A DNA stretch of 64,000 nt. Origin: Deltaproteobacteria bacterium. Its GTDB lineage: Bacteria; Desulfobacterota; Syntrophia; Syntrophales; JAAYKM01. Made by a program: the position numbers and the translations under genes. The DNA is taken from contig JAAYKM010000051.1 of the NCBI GenBank assembly GCA_012522415.1, forward strand, positions 9,371-73,370. The letters run 5' to 3'. Positions 17,324 through 27,339 of the stretch are shown piece after piece (positions within the stretch are counted from its first letter, which is position 1; every line of letters begins with the position of its first letter). The notes below the pieces were generated by a model that saw nothing but the letters and a program-made list of their open reading frames with translations, ran no database searches and had not been told where the DNA came from.

Positions 17324-19735
17324 CTAGGCTTTCCCTAATTTTCGTTCCGCATCCAATATTTCCGCGGTGGTCTTGAGTACCGTATCGGAGTTGAGGGATA
17401 TGCTGTTGATGCCGTATTCGACCAGAAGTCTCGCCACTTCGGGGTAATCACTGGGTGCCTGACCACAGATACCGATTTTTTTACCGATTTTTCTTGCCTT
17501 GCTTATGGCCATCCTGATCAGTTCCTGCACGGCGGCGTCCCGTTCGTCGAAAATGTGGGCCACTTCTGCGGAATCACGGTCCAACCCCAACGTCAGCTGG
17601 GTCAGGTCATTGGAGCCAATGGAGAAGCCGTCGAATATTTCCCCGAATTCTTCAAGCATGATCACGTTGCTGGGAATCTCCACCATCATATAAATTTCAA
17701 GACCATTCTCGCCCTGGACCAGGCCCCGGTCAGCCATGGTTCGGACAACCTTCCCGGCTTCCGTCAACGTCCGGCAAAAAGGGATCATCAACTTGACATT
17801 GGTGAGCCCCATGACGTCCCGCACACGCTTCATGGCATCACATTCCATAAAGAAACCATCTCTATAGCGGTCATCGTAGTAGCGGGAAGCACCCCGGAAA
17901 CCGATCATCGGGTTTTCCTCGACGGGTTCAAAGAAAGAACCACCGACGAGGTTATAATATTCGTTGCTCTTGAAATCACTCATACGCACGATCACGTCAT
18001 TCGGGTAGAAGGCGGCACCGATCTTGGCCACCCCTTGCGCCAGACGGTCGATAAAAAACTCTCTCCGGTCCGCATATCCTCTCGTAATTCTGTCAATTTC
18101 CGCACGAACAGCTTCGTCCGTCACCTGGTTGAAATTGACGAGGGCCATGGGATGAACACTGATGAAATGGCTGATGATGAACTCCAGGCGAGCCAGACCT
18201 ATGCCGTCATTTGGTATGGAGGCAAGGGAAAAAGCATTTTCCGGATTGCCGACATTCATCATGATCTTCGTGGATGGGCGCTTGAGCGTGGTGACGTTAA
18301 CCCGGTTCACATCATATTTCAGAATGCCTTCGTATACCCTTCCCACTTCACCCTCGGCACAGGAAACGGTCACCTCCTTGACATTTTTCAAGACCTCCGT
18401 ACCGTTTTCCGTACCCACAATACAGGGGACCCCAAGTTCACGGCTTACAATCGCCGCATGGCAGGTTCTGCCTCCCCGATCGGTCACAATGGCTGCGGCG
18501 ATCTTCATGATGGGCTCCCAGTCAGGATCGGTCATTTCAGTCACCAGGACCTCGCCCGCTTTGAAAGTCTTGATCTCCTTTACCGATTCGATGATGTGCA
18601 CCGGCCCTGCGCCAATCCTGGAGCCGACACTGGTTCCGAGCAGAATGGGCGTTTTTTCTTCACAGAGAACATAATTTTCGAGGACACTCCCGTCCTTTTG
18701 GGATTGCACGGTTTCAGGCCTCGCCTGCAGGATGAAAAGTTCCTGGGTGATACCGTCCTTGCCCCACTCGATATCCATGGGTTTGAAATAACCCGCCTTT
18801 TCTGAATAATGTCCTTCAATGATGGCGGTCCATTGGCCCAGTTTCAGGACCTCGTCATCGCTCAGGCAAAAATTGTGGCGATCCTCTTCGGGCACCGGGA
18901 CAATCTCCGTTGCGCTCTCCTTTTTGGAATCGGAGTAGATCATCTTGATCTCCTTGGTCCCCAGTTTCTTCTGGATAATGGAACGGAAACCTTCCTTCAG
19001 GGTCGGTTTAAAGACATAAAATTCATCAGGATTGACGATCCCCTGAACGACGGTCTCCCCCAAACCATAGGAAGCGGTAACCAGAATTGCCTCCTTGAAA
19101 CCCGATTCGGTGTCGATAGAAAAGATAACCCCCGAGGCCCCCTGATCCGAGCGAACCATCTTTTGTACCCCAATGGATAAAGCGATAGTCAGATGATCGA
19201 AACCCTTATCCACCCGGTAGGAAATCGCCCGATCCGTAAACAGGGAAGCGAAACACCTCTTGCACGCATCAATCAGGGCGTCCTCGCCCCGGACGTTCAG
19301 GAATGTCTCCTGCTGGCCGGCAAAACTCGCGTCGGGCAGATCCTCCGCCGTGGCGGAACTGCGGACGGCGACATCCGTATCCGGTCCGTACTCTTCACAC
19401 AGGCGCTTATATCCCTTCAAAACTTCATTACGGAGATCATCGGGAAATTTCGCGCTATAAATCAGGGACCGGATCTGCTCGCCTTTACTTCGCAAATTAT
19501 CCAGGTCGTGTGTGTCCAGATCCTTCAGAACATTTTTGATTTCCTTGCCGATTCCCGCGGATTCCAGCAGATATCGATAGGCCGCGGCGGTTACGGCAAA
19601 TCCATCGGGTACGCTCACCCCCTTGGAAGTCAACTCTCTTCTCATCTCGCCGAGGGATGCATTTTTGCCCCCTACCTGTGGAATATCCTTCAATTCTATC
19701 TCATCGAACCACAAAATCAGTTGCTCATCCATCAT
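17324..19735 (-). CDS. ppsA: Phosphoenolpyruvate synthase (pyruvate, water dikinase)
   Basis: GGKNASLGEM, the phospho-His motif TDRGGRTCHAAIVSRELGVPCIVG, and the C-terminal PEP-utilising domain GICGQAPSD. The ATG at 19735 has a GGAGG SD 6 nt upstream. The track start at 19819 adds 28 non-conserved aa. Confidence 0.95.
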   Translation of the reverse strand: MMDEQLILWFDEIELKDIPQVGGKNASLGEMRRELTSKGVSVPDGFAVTAAAYRYLLESAGIGKEIKNVLKDLDTHDLDNLRSKGEQIRSLIYSAKFPDDLRNEVLKGYKRLCEEYGPDTDVAVRSSATAEDLPDASFAGQQETFLNVRGEDALIDACKRCFASLFTDRAISYRVDKGFDHLTIALSIGVQKMVRSDQGASGVIFSIDTESGFKEAILVTASYGLGETVVQGIVNPDEFYVFKPTLKEGFRSIIQKKLGTKEIKMIYSDSKKESATEIVPVPEEDRHNFCLSDDEVLKLGQWTAIIEGHYSEKAGYFKPMDIEWGKDGITQELFILQARPETVQSQKDGSVLENYVLCEEKTPILLGTSVGSRIGAGPVHIIESVKEIKTFKAGEVLVTEMTDPDWEPIMKIAAAIVTDRGGRTCHAAIVSRELGVPCIVGTENGTEVLKNVKEVTVSCAEGEVGRVYEGILKYDVNRVNVTTLKRPSTKIMMNVGNPENAFSLASIPNDGIGLARLEFIISHFISVHPMALVNFNQVTDEAVRAEIDRITRGYADRREFFIDRLAQGVAKIGAAFYPNDVIVRMSDFKSNEYYNLVGGSFFEPVEENPMIGFRGASRYYDDRYRDGFFMECDAMKRVRDVMGLTNVKLMIPFCRTLTEAGKVVRTMADRGLVQGENGLEIYMMVEIPSNVIMLEEFGEIFDGFSIGSNDLTQLTLGLDRDSAEVAHIFDERDAAVQELIRMAISKARKIGKKIGICGQAPSDYPEVARLLVEYGINSISLNSDTVLKTTAEILDAERKLGKA

Positions 19736-19873
19736 CGGTTTCCTCCTAAGCTGGTTGGAATCGGATCTCCATGCATTTTGGTGATCCCGTGTATCAGTTT
19801 TACCCACAACAGTCAACAAAATATCCTCTAAATGGCGGCACCAATTAACAAATTACTCTTTACCTTCAGTGGC

Positions 19874-20728
19874 TTACATCCTTTGTGAAAAATCCAGACG
19901 TACGGGCAGACTCCCGGACACTTCAAGAACAGGTCCGTTCATCATGAACTGTACACCGCCGGCCTCCACCCTGGTTTCCTCACCGTCCATAACCCATTCA
20001 TACAGTTTTTTCGCGTCATTCAGAACCGGTTCGGCAGGAACCTTGTAGACACGGTTCTGCATTTCTTCATCAAACAGCCCGACGCAACCGTGAGATGCAG
20101 GCCGCCCCGGCATATCCCGAGCGTGAATCCAGTATCCCGTATCATCGGGAGAGACATAAAAACGGATGGCATAGTCCATGGGATATTTTGATTTGCCGTC
20201 AGCCGTATCATAAAGAGACGATCGATGGTGCCTGTCGAGTGCGTCCACACGGAAAATACCGGGAGGCGTTTCATGTTTCGCCTTTCCTGTAACGGCGGGC
20301 ATGGAAAACTTCTGTTTCCCGTATTCGTATGCCCCGATCCACTGTTCCGTCACATCAATAAGGATGTATTTTCGAAAGGGCTTCGCTTTTCCGTACATTT
20401 CCGGCAGCGGTGTGTAATGTTCAATGTCTTCGAGATTGAGAGGCACCTTGATGGTCATGCCCGGATAGGCGTGACGGCGGTCAAGGCGGTTGAAACGGGC
20501 CACCCAAACCCATCGGTTACCAAAGAGCCGCTCCAGGCTTTCGTCGGGGAGGATGAAATGGGGACGCCAGGGGATATTCTTCAAACTCGGATAAACAATG
20601 CGTCCCAGGTCTTCCATGGCCGAATCCTCGGGAAGCGGGCCGGGAAGAGAGATAAGCCGCGGGTTGTATGCAATGATGACGCACATGAGGAGGATAGCCA
20701 GGGTCAAACGAACGGACAATTGTGGCAT
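19874..20728 (-). CDS. L,D-transpeptidase (YkuD/ErfK family) with an N-terminal membrane anchor
   Basis: 284 aa. The catalytic motif is WIHARDMPGRPASHGCVGL. The N-terminus is hydrophobic (LTLAILLMCVIIAY). Confidence 0.8.
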   Translation of the reverse strand: MPQLSVRLTLAILLMCVIIAYNPRLISLPGPLPEDSAMEDLGRIVYPSLKNIPWRPHFILPDESLERLFGNRWVWVARFNRLDRRHAYPGMTIKVPLNLEDIEHYTPLPEMYGKAKPFRKYILIDVTEQWIGAYEYGKQKFSMPAVTGKAKHETPPGIFRVDALDRHHRSSLYDTADGKSKYPMDYAIRFYVSPDDTGYWIHARDMPGRPASHGCVGLFDEEMQNRVYKVPAEPVLNDAKKLYEWVMDGEETRVEAGGVQFMMNGPVLEVSGSLPVRLDFSQRM

Positions 20729-21172
20729 GCTTATCTTTCAACAGAAATTTTGTTGAGCTTATACCATTTCCCCTCCCCGGATTCAATGGTTTTGGCATGA
20801 TGTGCCTGCCGATCTGCCCTTACAAAACAGGCCGTCAGCCCCCGATCATGACGACCTGCAACGAATGAAGGGATACCTGCCGAATTTTGGCGACGCCTAC
20901 CCGTCGTTTCAGACCCGACAACGGTCAGCACACGCCGGGGCACCGAAAAACAAGGCAAGGGGAGATCACAAGAATTTTTGGCAATTGATCCCACATGGGC
21001 ATCCATGATAGAGGTGCCGTATGGGTTAAAAGATATGTTATGAATTGACTGGAAACGAAAACAAAACAGGCGGAATATCTGTCGAAAAAATACCTTGAAT
21101 TTGATAGGTGCCTCTCCGGTCGGCATCGGACGCATCCCACGGAAGATCAGGAGGATTGAAGAGGATAAAATT

Positions 21173-23287
21173 ATGACTAAAAGCAATAACGGCGAAGGCT
21201 CCCTGCACGAGATCTTTGGTTCCAGTGTGTTCAGTGACGCCATCATGAAGGAGCACTTGCCGAAACCAACCTACCAGGCCCTGAAAAAAACGATCGATGA
21301 AGGACTTGATCTCGATCCTGCCGTGGCGGATGTTGTGGCCATCGCCATGATGGGTTGGGCCATCGAAAAGGGAGCGACCCATTTTACCCACTGGTTTCAG
21401 CCCATGACCGGCATCACGGCAGAGAAACACGACGCCTTTATCTCGCCAACCCCCGAAGGCAAGGTAATCCTGGAGTTCTCCGGGAAGGAACTGATCAAGG
21501 GTGAACCGGACGCCTCTTCCTTCCCCTCCGGCGGGATGCGGGCCACTTTTGAAGCCCGGGGCTACACCGCCTGGGATTGTACATCCCCCGCTTTCGTCAA
21601 AGATGGAAGTCTCTGTATTCCGACTGCTTTTTGTTCCTACACCGGAGAAGCTTTGGACAAAAAAACCCCCTTGCTGCGTTCCATGGAAGCCCTTTCCAAA
21701 CAGGCTCTTCGCGTCTTGAAACTCTTCGACAACAAAAGCGCCTCCAAAGTCATCACCACGGTCGGACCGGAACAGGAATATTTTCTGATCGACAAACGAA
21801 TGTACGACCTGAGAAAGGATCTGATTTTCACGGGAAGAACGCTTTTCGGCGCCAAGCCGCCAAAGGGTCAGGAAATGGGAGATCATTACTTCGGCAGCCT
21901 GAAGGAACGCATCTCCGCTTTCATGAAGGAGCTGGATCAGGAACTCTGGAAACTCGGTGTCGCCGCCAAAACAAAACACAACGAGGTTGCACCGGCACAA
22001 CATGAGCTGGCGCCAATTTTTACCACCGCCAATATCGCGACGGACCACAATCAGCTTACCATGGAAATGATGAAGAAAATCGCGTTAAGGCACGGCCTGG
22101 TCTGTCTGTTGCACGAGAAACCGTTTGCCGGCGTGAACGGCTCGGGGAAACACGTCAACTGGTCCATGGCGACGGATGACGGCCAGAATCTGCTCGAGCC
22201 CGGATATACACCGCATGAGAATGCCCAATTCCTTGTGTATTTGTGCGCCGTGATCAAGGGCGTTGATGAATATGCCGACTTGCTCCGGGCCTCGGCCGCG
22301 ACGGCGGGCAATGAGCACCGCCTCGGAACCCATGAAGCACCACCTGCCATTGTCTCGGTCTATCTGGGAAAACAATTGACCGATATTCTGGAACAGATCG
22401 CGGGTGGCGGAACGACCAACTCCAGCCAGGATGGCCTGTTGAAAATCGGAGTCACGACCCTGCCGGATTTACCGAAGGATTCCACGGACAGAAACCGAAC
22501 CTCCCCTTTTGCTTTTACAGGGAACAAATTTGAATTCAGAATGGTGGGATCCTCGGCGTCCACAGCGACGGCCAGCTTCGTCCTGAACACCATTGTGGCG
22601 GATATGCTTAAACAGATTGCGGACCGCCTGGAACAGGCCAAGGATTTTCAGGACGAGGTCCAGAAACTGCTGCAGGAAATCGTAAAAAACCACAAAAAGA
22701 TCATTTTCAACGGCAACAGCGACTCCGACGCCTGGGTTCAAGAAACGAAAAAAAGAGGACTCCCCAACATCACGTCCACTGTGGCGGCCATCCGGACCAT
22801 GATTTCGGATAAAAACATCGCGCTTTTTGAAGAACACCATATACTGACCCGGCACGAGATAGAATCCCGCTGCGAAATCAACTTTGAAAACTACATGAAG
22901 GCCATCAACATCGAGGCCCTGACAATGCTCGAAATGGCAAAGCGGCAAATCCTTCCTGCCGTGATTGAATACACCACCATGCTGGCGGATTCCATCAACA
23001 CCATTAAAACGACAGGTATCAAGGCCGATATATCGGTGCAGGAAGAATTGTTGACGGAGGTCTCCACCCTGACAGCCACATTCCGAAACGACACCGTCGC
23101 CCTCGAAAAGACGCTGGCGCAGGCCGCGGACATATGCGGCGACACCTTCGGTCGGGCCTGTTTTTACCGGGATCAGGTTTTTGTGAAAATGGGAAAACTC
23201 AGGGAAACCGGCGATAAACTGGAAACAATGGTGGGTGAGGTTTACTGGCCCCTGCCGACTTACGGCGACCTGCTTTTCAACGTCTGA
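21173..23287 (+). CDS. glnN: Glutamine synthetase type III
   Basis: About 704 aa from the ATG at 21173 (AGGAGG/GAGGA upstream). [27 protein letters not shown] and overall GSIII length. The track start at 21095 adds 26 aa. Confidence 0.9.
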   Translation: MTKSNNGEGSLHEIFGSSVFSDAIMKEHLPKPTYQALKKTIDEGLDLDPAVADVVAIAMMGWAIEKGATHFTHWFQPMTGITAEKHDAFISPTPEGKVILEFSGKELIKGEPDASSFPSGGMRATFEARGYTAWDCTSPAFVKDGSLCIPTAFCSYTGEALDKKTPLLRSMEALSKQALRVLKLFDNKSASKVITTVGPEQEYFLIDKRMYDLRKDLIFTGRTLFGAKPPKGQEMGDHYFGSLKERISAFMKELDQELWKLGVAAKTKHNEVAPAQHELAPIFTTANIATDHNQLTMEMMKKIALRHGLVCLLHEKPFAGVNGSGKHVNWSMATDDGQNLLEPGYTPHENAQFLVYLCAVIKGVDEYADLLRASAATAGNEHRLGTHEAPPAIVSVYLGKQLTDILEQIAGGGTTNSSQDGLLKIGVTTLPDLPKDSTDRNRTSPFAFTGNKFEFRMVGSSASTATASFVLNTIVADMLKQIADRLEQAKDFQDEVQKLLQEIVKNHKKIIFNGNSDSDAWVQETKKRGLPNITSTVAAIRTMISDKNIALFEEHHILTRHEIESRCEINFENYMKAINIEALTMLEMAKRQILPAVIEYTTMLADSINTIKTTGIKADISVQEELLTEVSTLTATFRNDTVALEKTLAQAADICGDTFGRACFYRDQVFVKMGKLRETGDKLETMVGEVYWPLPTYGDLLFNV

Positions 23288-23716
23288 GGATTGAGCCGTC
23301 CGGCGACAAGGCGCTTACCGCGCGCCCCGGACGGTCCGGACCGGCATTGCGTCCGGCATCACGGGCAGACTGAAAGGAATCATGTCGATGCCCGCCCATT
23401 CCCTGTCGGCATCCAGACCAGCAATGCCCCCCCTGTGGCAGGATAGTTGTCGCATGATCTAAACCTCTGTATAATGGAGTTTCCTTGGGGCTTCCCTGGC
23501 ATCGTTTCTCTTGGTGGGGCCGTTGGTTCATGAACAGGGGCTTACGATTGGGAGACGATGCTGGTATGCTCCAGATGAACCCTTTCTCTTTGTTTTTATT
23601 GTGAATCTTTGCAAATCCATTGTAAACCAAAGGATAGGTCTCTTCAAGTTATTTACTTGTGAAATCAGCACCATAGGCAATCTTTTTCGTCTTTCAATCC
23701 ATTCCCGAGAGTTGGG

Positions 23717-24334
23717 TTAATAAGCCAATTCCCATTGTACTTCACCATCAAGCAATATGTTTTCAAACAATCTATTTGCCATTCTGTACGATCTTTGTTC
23801 CGCTGCTTGAATATTTCGATCTTTTTTGAGCATTGGCGATTCGCTGACAGTGAATATTTTTTGTAATGTTGTAATGCCTCGTTTTTGAATAGTTATTTTT
23901 GTTCTGAATTGTAGGTCGGTGATTGATAAAAGTGTCATCGATAAAGCAGGAGCTAAACTATCCGGGTTATATGCATTAGAGACCAATGTGCCGATATTTG
24001 ACAAATAGTCTTCCATTGAATACCAAAAGTAATTGTGGATTACATCATCATCATAAGAATATCTGAAGTTTCCATTTGCGCTGTAATAGTACCATATACT
24101 GGTATCATTGGCTTGGTTGTCAAAATTCATCAAATATATTCGCTTCCCTCGATAGATATCGAGATTGGTAGTTGGTGTCGGTCTAAAGTTATTGAGTTTT
24201 ACACTGGTTGTGCAACCTATGAAAAATTGTATGATCAATAATATGGAGATCGCATGTATTATAGAAAGACGGCAACTCTTGAACTTCTCATAGTTGTCCT
24301 GAGAATAATGCTTATGACATTCTGAATCTGACAT
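23717..24334 (-). CDS. Hypothetical lipoprotein in the AT-rich islet
   Basis: 205 aa with a lipobox-like IIQFFIGC after a hydrophobic stretch. I recognise no family. Composition is Asn/Tyr/Ile-rich, unlike the neighbouring genes. Confidence 0.55.
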   Translation of the reverse strand: MSDSECHKHYSQDNYEKFKSCRLSIIHAISILLIIQFFIGCTTSVKLNNFRPTPTTNLDIYRGKRIYLMNFDNQANDTSIWYYYSANGNFRYSYDDDVIHNYFWYSMEDYLSNIGTLVSNAYNPDSLAPALSMTLLSITDLQFRTKITIQKRGITTLQKIFTVSESPMLKKDRNIQAAEQRSYRMANRLFENILLDGEVQWELAY

Positions 24335-24411
24335 ACTATTCTCCTTCCTTCCTTTATTGTTTGATTTTTGCTGTGTTATTTGGTTTTCCGTTTGATATTT
24401 TTCTTGATTTT

Positions 24412-24522
24412 TTAGCTTGCATTATTAGCCGCCAGACATGGAGATATAAAGACACTCGAAATGACCAATATCAATGCGGCCAGTACGCGACTGTACGCTA
24501 TTTTCCTAAACAATTGCGCCAT
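24412..24522 (-). CDS. Possible 36-aa hydrophobic micro-protein
   Basis: My own translation gives MAQLFRKIAYSRVLAALILVISSVFISPCLAANNAS. AGGAGG lies 5 nt upstream of the ATG. It sits 77 nt upstream of the lipoprotein gene on the same strand and is below the ORF-track size cutoff. Confidence 0.3.
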   Translation of the reverse strand: MAQLFRKIAYSRVLAALILVISSVFISPCLAANNAS

Positions 24523-24612
24523 GCTCTCCTCCTGTCTATGCATAACGCTTGAACTCACTGGTTTTTACGGAGCGCAGCGGAATTGCCGTCCGGTGGAGTG
24601 CCTTGTTAGCAT

Positions 24613-25261
24613 TCATTTGGCTAACACCATAAGAGAATAACCGCCTAACAATCGAACTGCCAAATCTTTGTTTAACAAAAACGCAAGCTTTCTTGGGATC
24701 TTCAAAATGTTGGCTTTCCAACCTCTATTCGGCAACTCCAAGGAACCTCCCGTATAAAAATAATCGATAATTAAATATCCAGTATCTTTTAGGGTTTCAA
24801 GTGCAGTTTCCTTTGTGAAATAGTGAATATGACCAACTGATTTCCGCCCGTGAATAATTGGAGAAGAACGAAGAACAGTTTGAACTGACAAATCGAGCGG
24901 AATATGAAATATCTTGTATTCAGCTTTTTCTTTCAATTTTCTTAGGAAACCAAAACAATCCTCTACATGCTCAAAAACGTCTATTGCCATTACAATATCA
25001 AAATGTGCAGCATAATTCAAATGCCTGGGGTGATATTTCATATCCAAATAACTCCCTATCATCAGCATATTGGCCTGATAATTGGTTCAGTACCCCCCCT
25101 GCTCCACACCCGACCTCACAAATCGTTCTTGGATTCAGAGAATTTTTCTTGATGATTTTACTTATCTGCTTTGCTTTCCATGGCGAATCTTCTTCATGCC
25201 AACCAGGATTGTTTGCAAGGTACGACCCATCTTCATAGATTTGTGTCATCTGATACTCCAT
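24613..25261 (-). pseudogene. Class I SAM-dependent methyltransferase split by a frameshift
   Basis: The N-terminal ORF 24998-25261 carries motif I (ICEVGCGAGGVLNQL). The C-terminal ORF 24613-25068 carries FDIVMAIDVFEHVEDCFGFLRKL. The two overlap in different frames at 24998-25068. Confidence 0.7.
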
Positions 25262-25554
25262 AGGTTCTTTGACACACCATCGCTGTTGAGCTGCCGTTTT
25301 TGGGAGCGGGCATTGCTGTCACTGGCCATGAAAAGTGTACCACCCGTGAGTTGAGATTCACCCCCTCGTTTCTGAATTCGTGTCCCGAATGATACGATCC
25401 CGATAACAGTCTTTTTCGAAGGTGGCGGGGTCACCGGCCCTGTCTCACCGGCACCCCTTACGGAAGGGCTGATCGCATGAGCTTCCACGCGGTTATGGAG
25501 CTGCTCCCCGTCCGTCGGATCGATTCCTTGTCCCGAGCTAATCGGTGCAGTGGC

Positions 25555-25893
25555 CTATGCGTCTGGTTTGGGGGCGTTACCGAAGAGATGTGTTGCACCG
25601 ACCACTTTGTCTACGGGAACGACAAAGGCGATTCCCGCTCCCGGCTTGTTCAGGTCAACGACACGAACGATTTCATTCAGAATGCTTTCGGTTGTGTTCG
25701 AATAGGCCACAGTCAATACGATTTCCTTTTCCGGTTCGATGGGAATGCCCAGAAGGGTCTGATGTTCGTGAATACCGGATCCGCGTCCCATCAGCGTTGT
25801 GCCCCCATGAGCCCCCGCCCTTAACGAGGCTTCAAGTACCACGTTACCCCATCCCTTTGGTACGATAGTGACGATAAGAGAAATATCAGACAC
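25555..25893 (-). CDS. P-II (GlnB)-like signal protein, DUF1538-associated subtype
   Basis: 112 aa: LIVTIVPKGWGNVVLEASLRAGAHGGTTLMGRGSG...KEIVLTVAY...GAGIAFVVPVDKVVG (ferredoxin-like beta-alpha-beta repeat). It has no T-loop Tyr and overlaps the upstream gene by 8 nt. Confidence 0.75.
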   Translation of the reverse strand: MSDISLIVTIVPKGWGNVVLEASLRAGAHGGTTLMGRGSGIHEHQTLLGIPIEPEKEIVLTVAYSNTTESILNEIVRVVDLNKPGAGIAFVVPVDKVVGATHLFGNAPKPDA

Positions 25894-26647
25894 GTTTCTG
25901 CTCCTTTCGATGCTTATTTAAATTAATCACGCAACCCAAGGCCATAACGGAGATGATGGGGGCCAATGCGATAAGGGCAACCATCCCCAGGCCTGCAACA
26001 AGGGGGGGCTGGTCACCTATGGAAAAGGATACTCCGAGGGCGAGCGCGAGGATAAATGTGTTTGCCATGGGCCCCGTCGCCACGCCTCCCGCATCCACCG
26101 CGACCGAGATAAACTCCTTGTCGCTGAACCACAGCATGATAATAACCAGTACGTAGCCCGGTATAACAATATGAAGCAGCGGGATATCATAGACAATCCG
26201 CAGCATTCCGAGGCCGACAAACAACGCCACACCCACGCAGATCGTGTAAAGTACCGTGGACTTACGGATCGACCCACTTGACGCCTTTTCCACCTGGTCA
26301 GCCAGTATCCGTACCGATGGCTCCCCCCAGGTCGTCAAAAATCCGAGAAGAAAACCGAGGAACACTAACTGCCAGCTACCGGATAAGGTTCCCAAAGCCC
26401 CTCCTATAGCCCGGCCGAAGGGGAAAAAAGCGATATGCACCCCCTGCAAAAAAACCAAGAGCCCGGCAGACGTCAATGCCGTGCCTTTGAGTATCGTAAC
26501 GAAAGAACTGCGGGGCAGTCTGAGCATCAGAACCTGGAAGGTCACAAAGAGCAGCACCAGGGGAAGGACCGCCATGGCCACGCTCATTATGGTACCTTGA
26601 AGACCGTCTAAAATACTTATTTCATTCAATAGATGAATTCTCCTCAA
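25886..26647 (-). CDS. DUF1538-family polytopic membrane protein
   Basis: 253 aa with about 7 TM helices. It is a paralogue of the upstream gene (shared ...WGEPSVRILADQVE / ATVAEPDVLVLSKQVD and VAVDAGGVATGPM / LAYDAGSVTTGAL blocks). Confidence 0.75.
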   Translation of the reverse strand: MRRIHLLNEISILDGLQGTIMSVAMAVLPLVLLFVTFQVLMLRLPRSSFVTILKGTALTSAGLLVFLQGVHIAFFPFGRAIGGALGTLSGSWQLVFLGFLLGFLTTWGEPSVRILADQVEKASSGSIRKSTVLYTICVGVALFVGLGMLRIVYDIPLLHIVIPGYVLVIIMLWFSDKEFISVAVDAGGVATGPMANTFILALALGVSFSIGDQPPLVAGLGMVALIALAPIISVMALGCVINLNKHRKEQKRV

Positions 26648-27339
26648 TAGATGAATATCGCCAAAAGCATGATGATGATGATGGGTCCGATCGATGCCAA
26701 TCCCAGCAGGCCGAAACCCTCCGATACGGAGGATCTTCCGGAGAGAACGGAGCTGAGACCGAGGGCCAGCGAGATCACCACAGGCGCCGTTAGCGCTCCG
26801 GTGGTTACGCTTCCCGCATCATAGGCCAAGGGAACGAATTCCGCAGGGGTGAAGAAGGAAAGAACCAGGATGACCGTAAAAAGACCTGCCAGCAGATATA
26901 CCATGGAAAAGCCAAACACGATCCGCAGCATACCGATCATGACCAAAATCCCCACACCAAGAGCCATGGAGTAAAGGATGATGTTCCCGGAAACCGAGCC
27001 TTGCGAGATTGCATCGACCTGTTTCGAAAGGACCAATACGTCCGGTTCCGCGACGGTGGCCGCAAACCCCAATGCAAAGGCCAAGCCGGCTATCAACATC
27101 AGCGAGTTCCTTTTGGGCAATTCGGCTCCGATGAATTTTCCCATGGGCAGAATCCCGATATCGATGCCCAGAAAGAAAAGTATAAGGCCCCCTATAGCCA
27201 TGAGGGAACCGATGAGAAATTGGAGAAACAATGGAGTGGGTGCCTTCACCAAGGTAAATTGAAGAATACAGACCACAACAATCAGTGGCGCAATGGATTG
27301 GATTACTTCGATAAATATTTCCTTTAACAATTGTCTCAT
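26644..27339 (-). CDS. DUF1538-family polytopic membrane protein
   Basis: About 231 aa from the ATG at 27339 (GGAG upstream). The track start at 27408 adds 23 Cys/Pro-rich aa. It overlaps the next gene by 4 nt. Confidence 0.75.
   Translation of the reverse strand: MRQLLKEIFIEVIQSIAPLIVVVCILQFTLVKAPTPLFLQFLIGSLMAIGGLILFFLGIDIGILPMGKFIGAELPKRNSLMLIAGLAFALGFAATVAEPDVLVLSKQVDAISQGSVSGNIILYSMALGVGILVMIGMLRIVFGFSMVYLLAGLFTVILVLSFFTPAEFVPLAYDAGSVTTGALTAPVVISLALGLSSVLSGRSSVSEGFGLLGLASIGPIIIIMLLAIFIY

Noticed and set aside
20729-21172. A search for sigma54 or NtrC sites upstream of glnN (for example TGGCAattgatCCCAC at ~20978).
   Set aside because: The -12 element is not GC at the required spacing, and I found no TGCACC-N5-GGTGCA-type palindromes.
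20731-21246. A 171-aa minus-strand ORF in the LDT/glnN divergent intergenic region.
   Set aside because: It overlaps the glnN 5' end and has no recognisable domain, an odd composition and no SD.
23277-23630. A 117-aa minus-strand ORF downstream of glnN.
   Set aside because: It is Arg/Gly/Pro/Ser-rich with no motif. It overlaps the glnN stop and straddles the GC-to-AT transition. It is likely non-coding.
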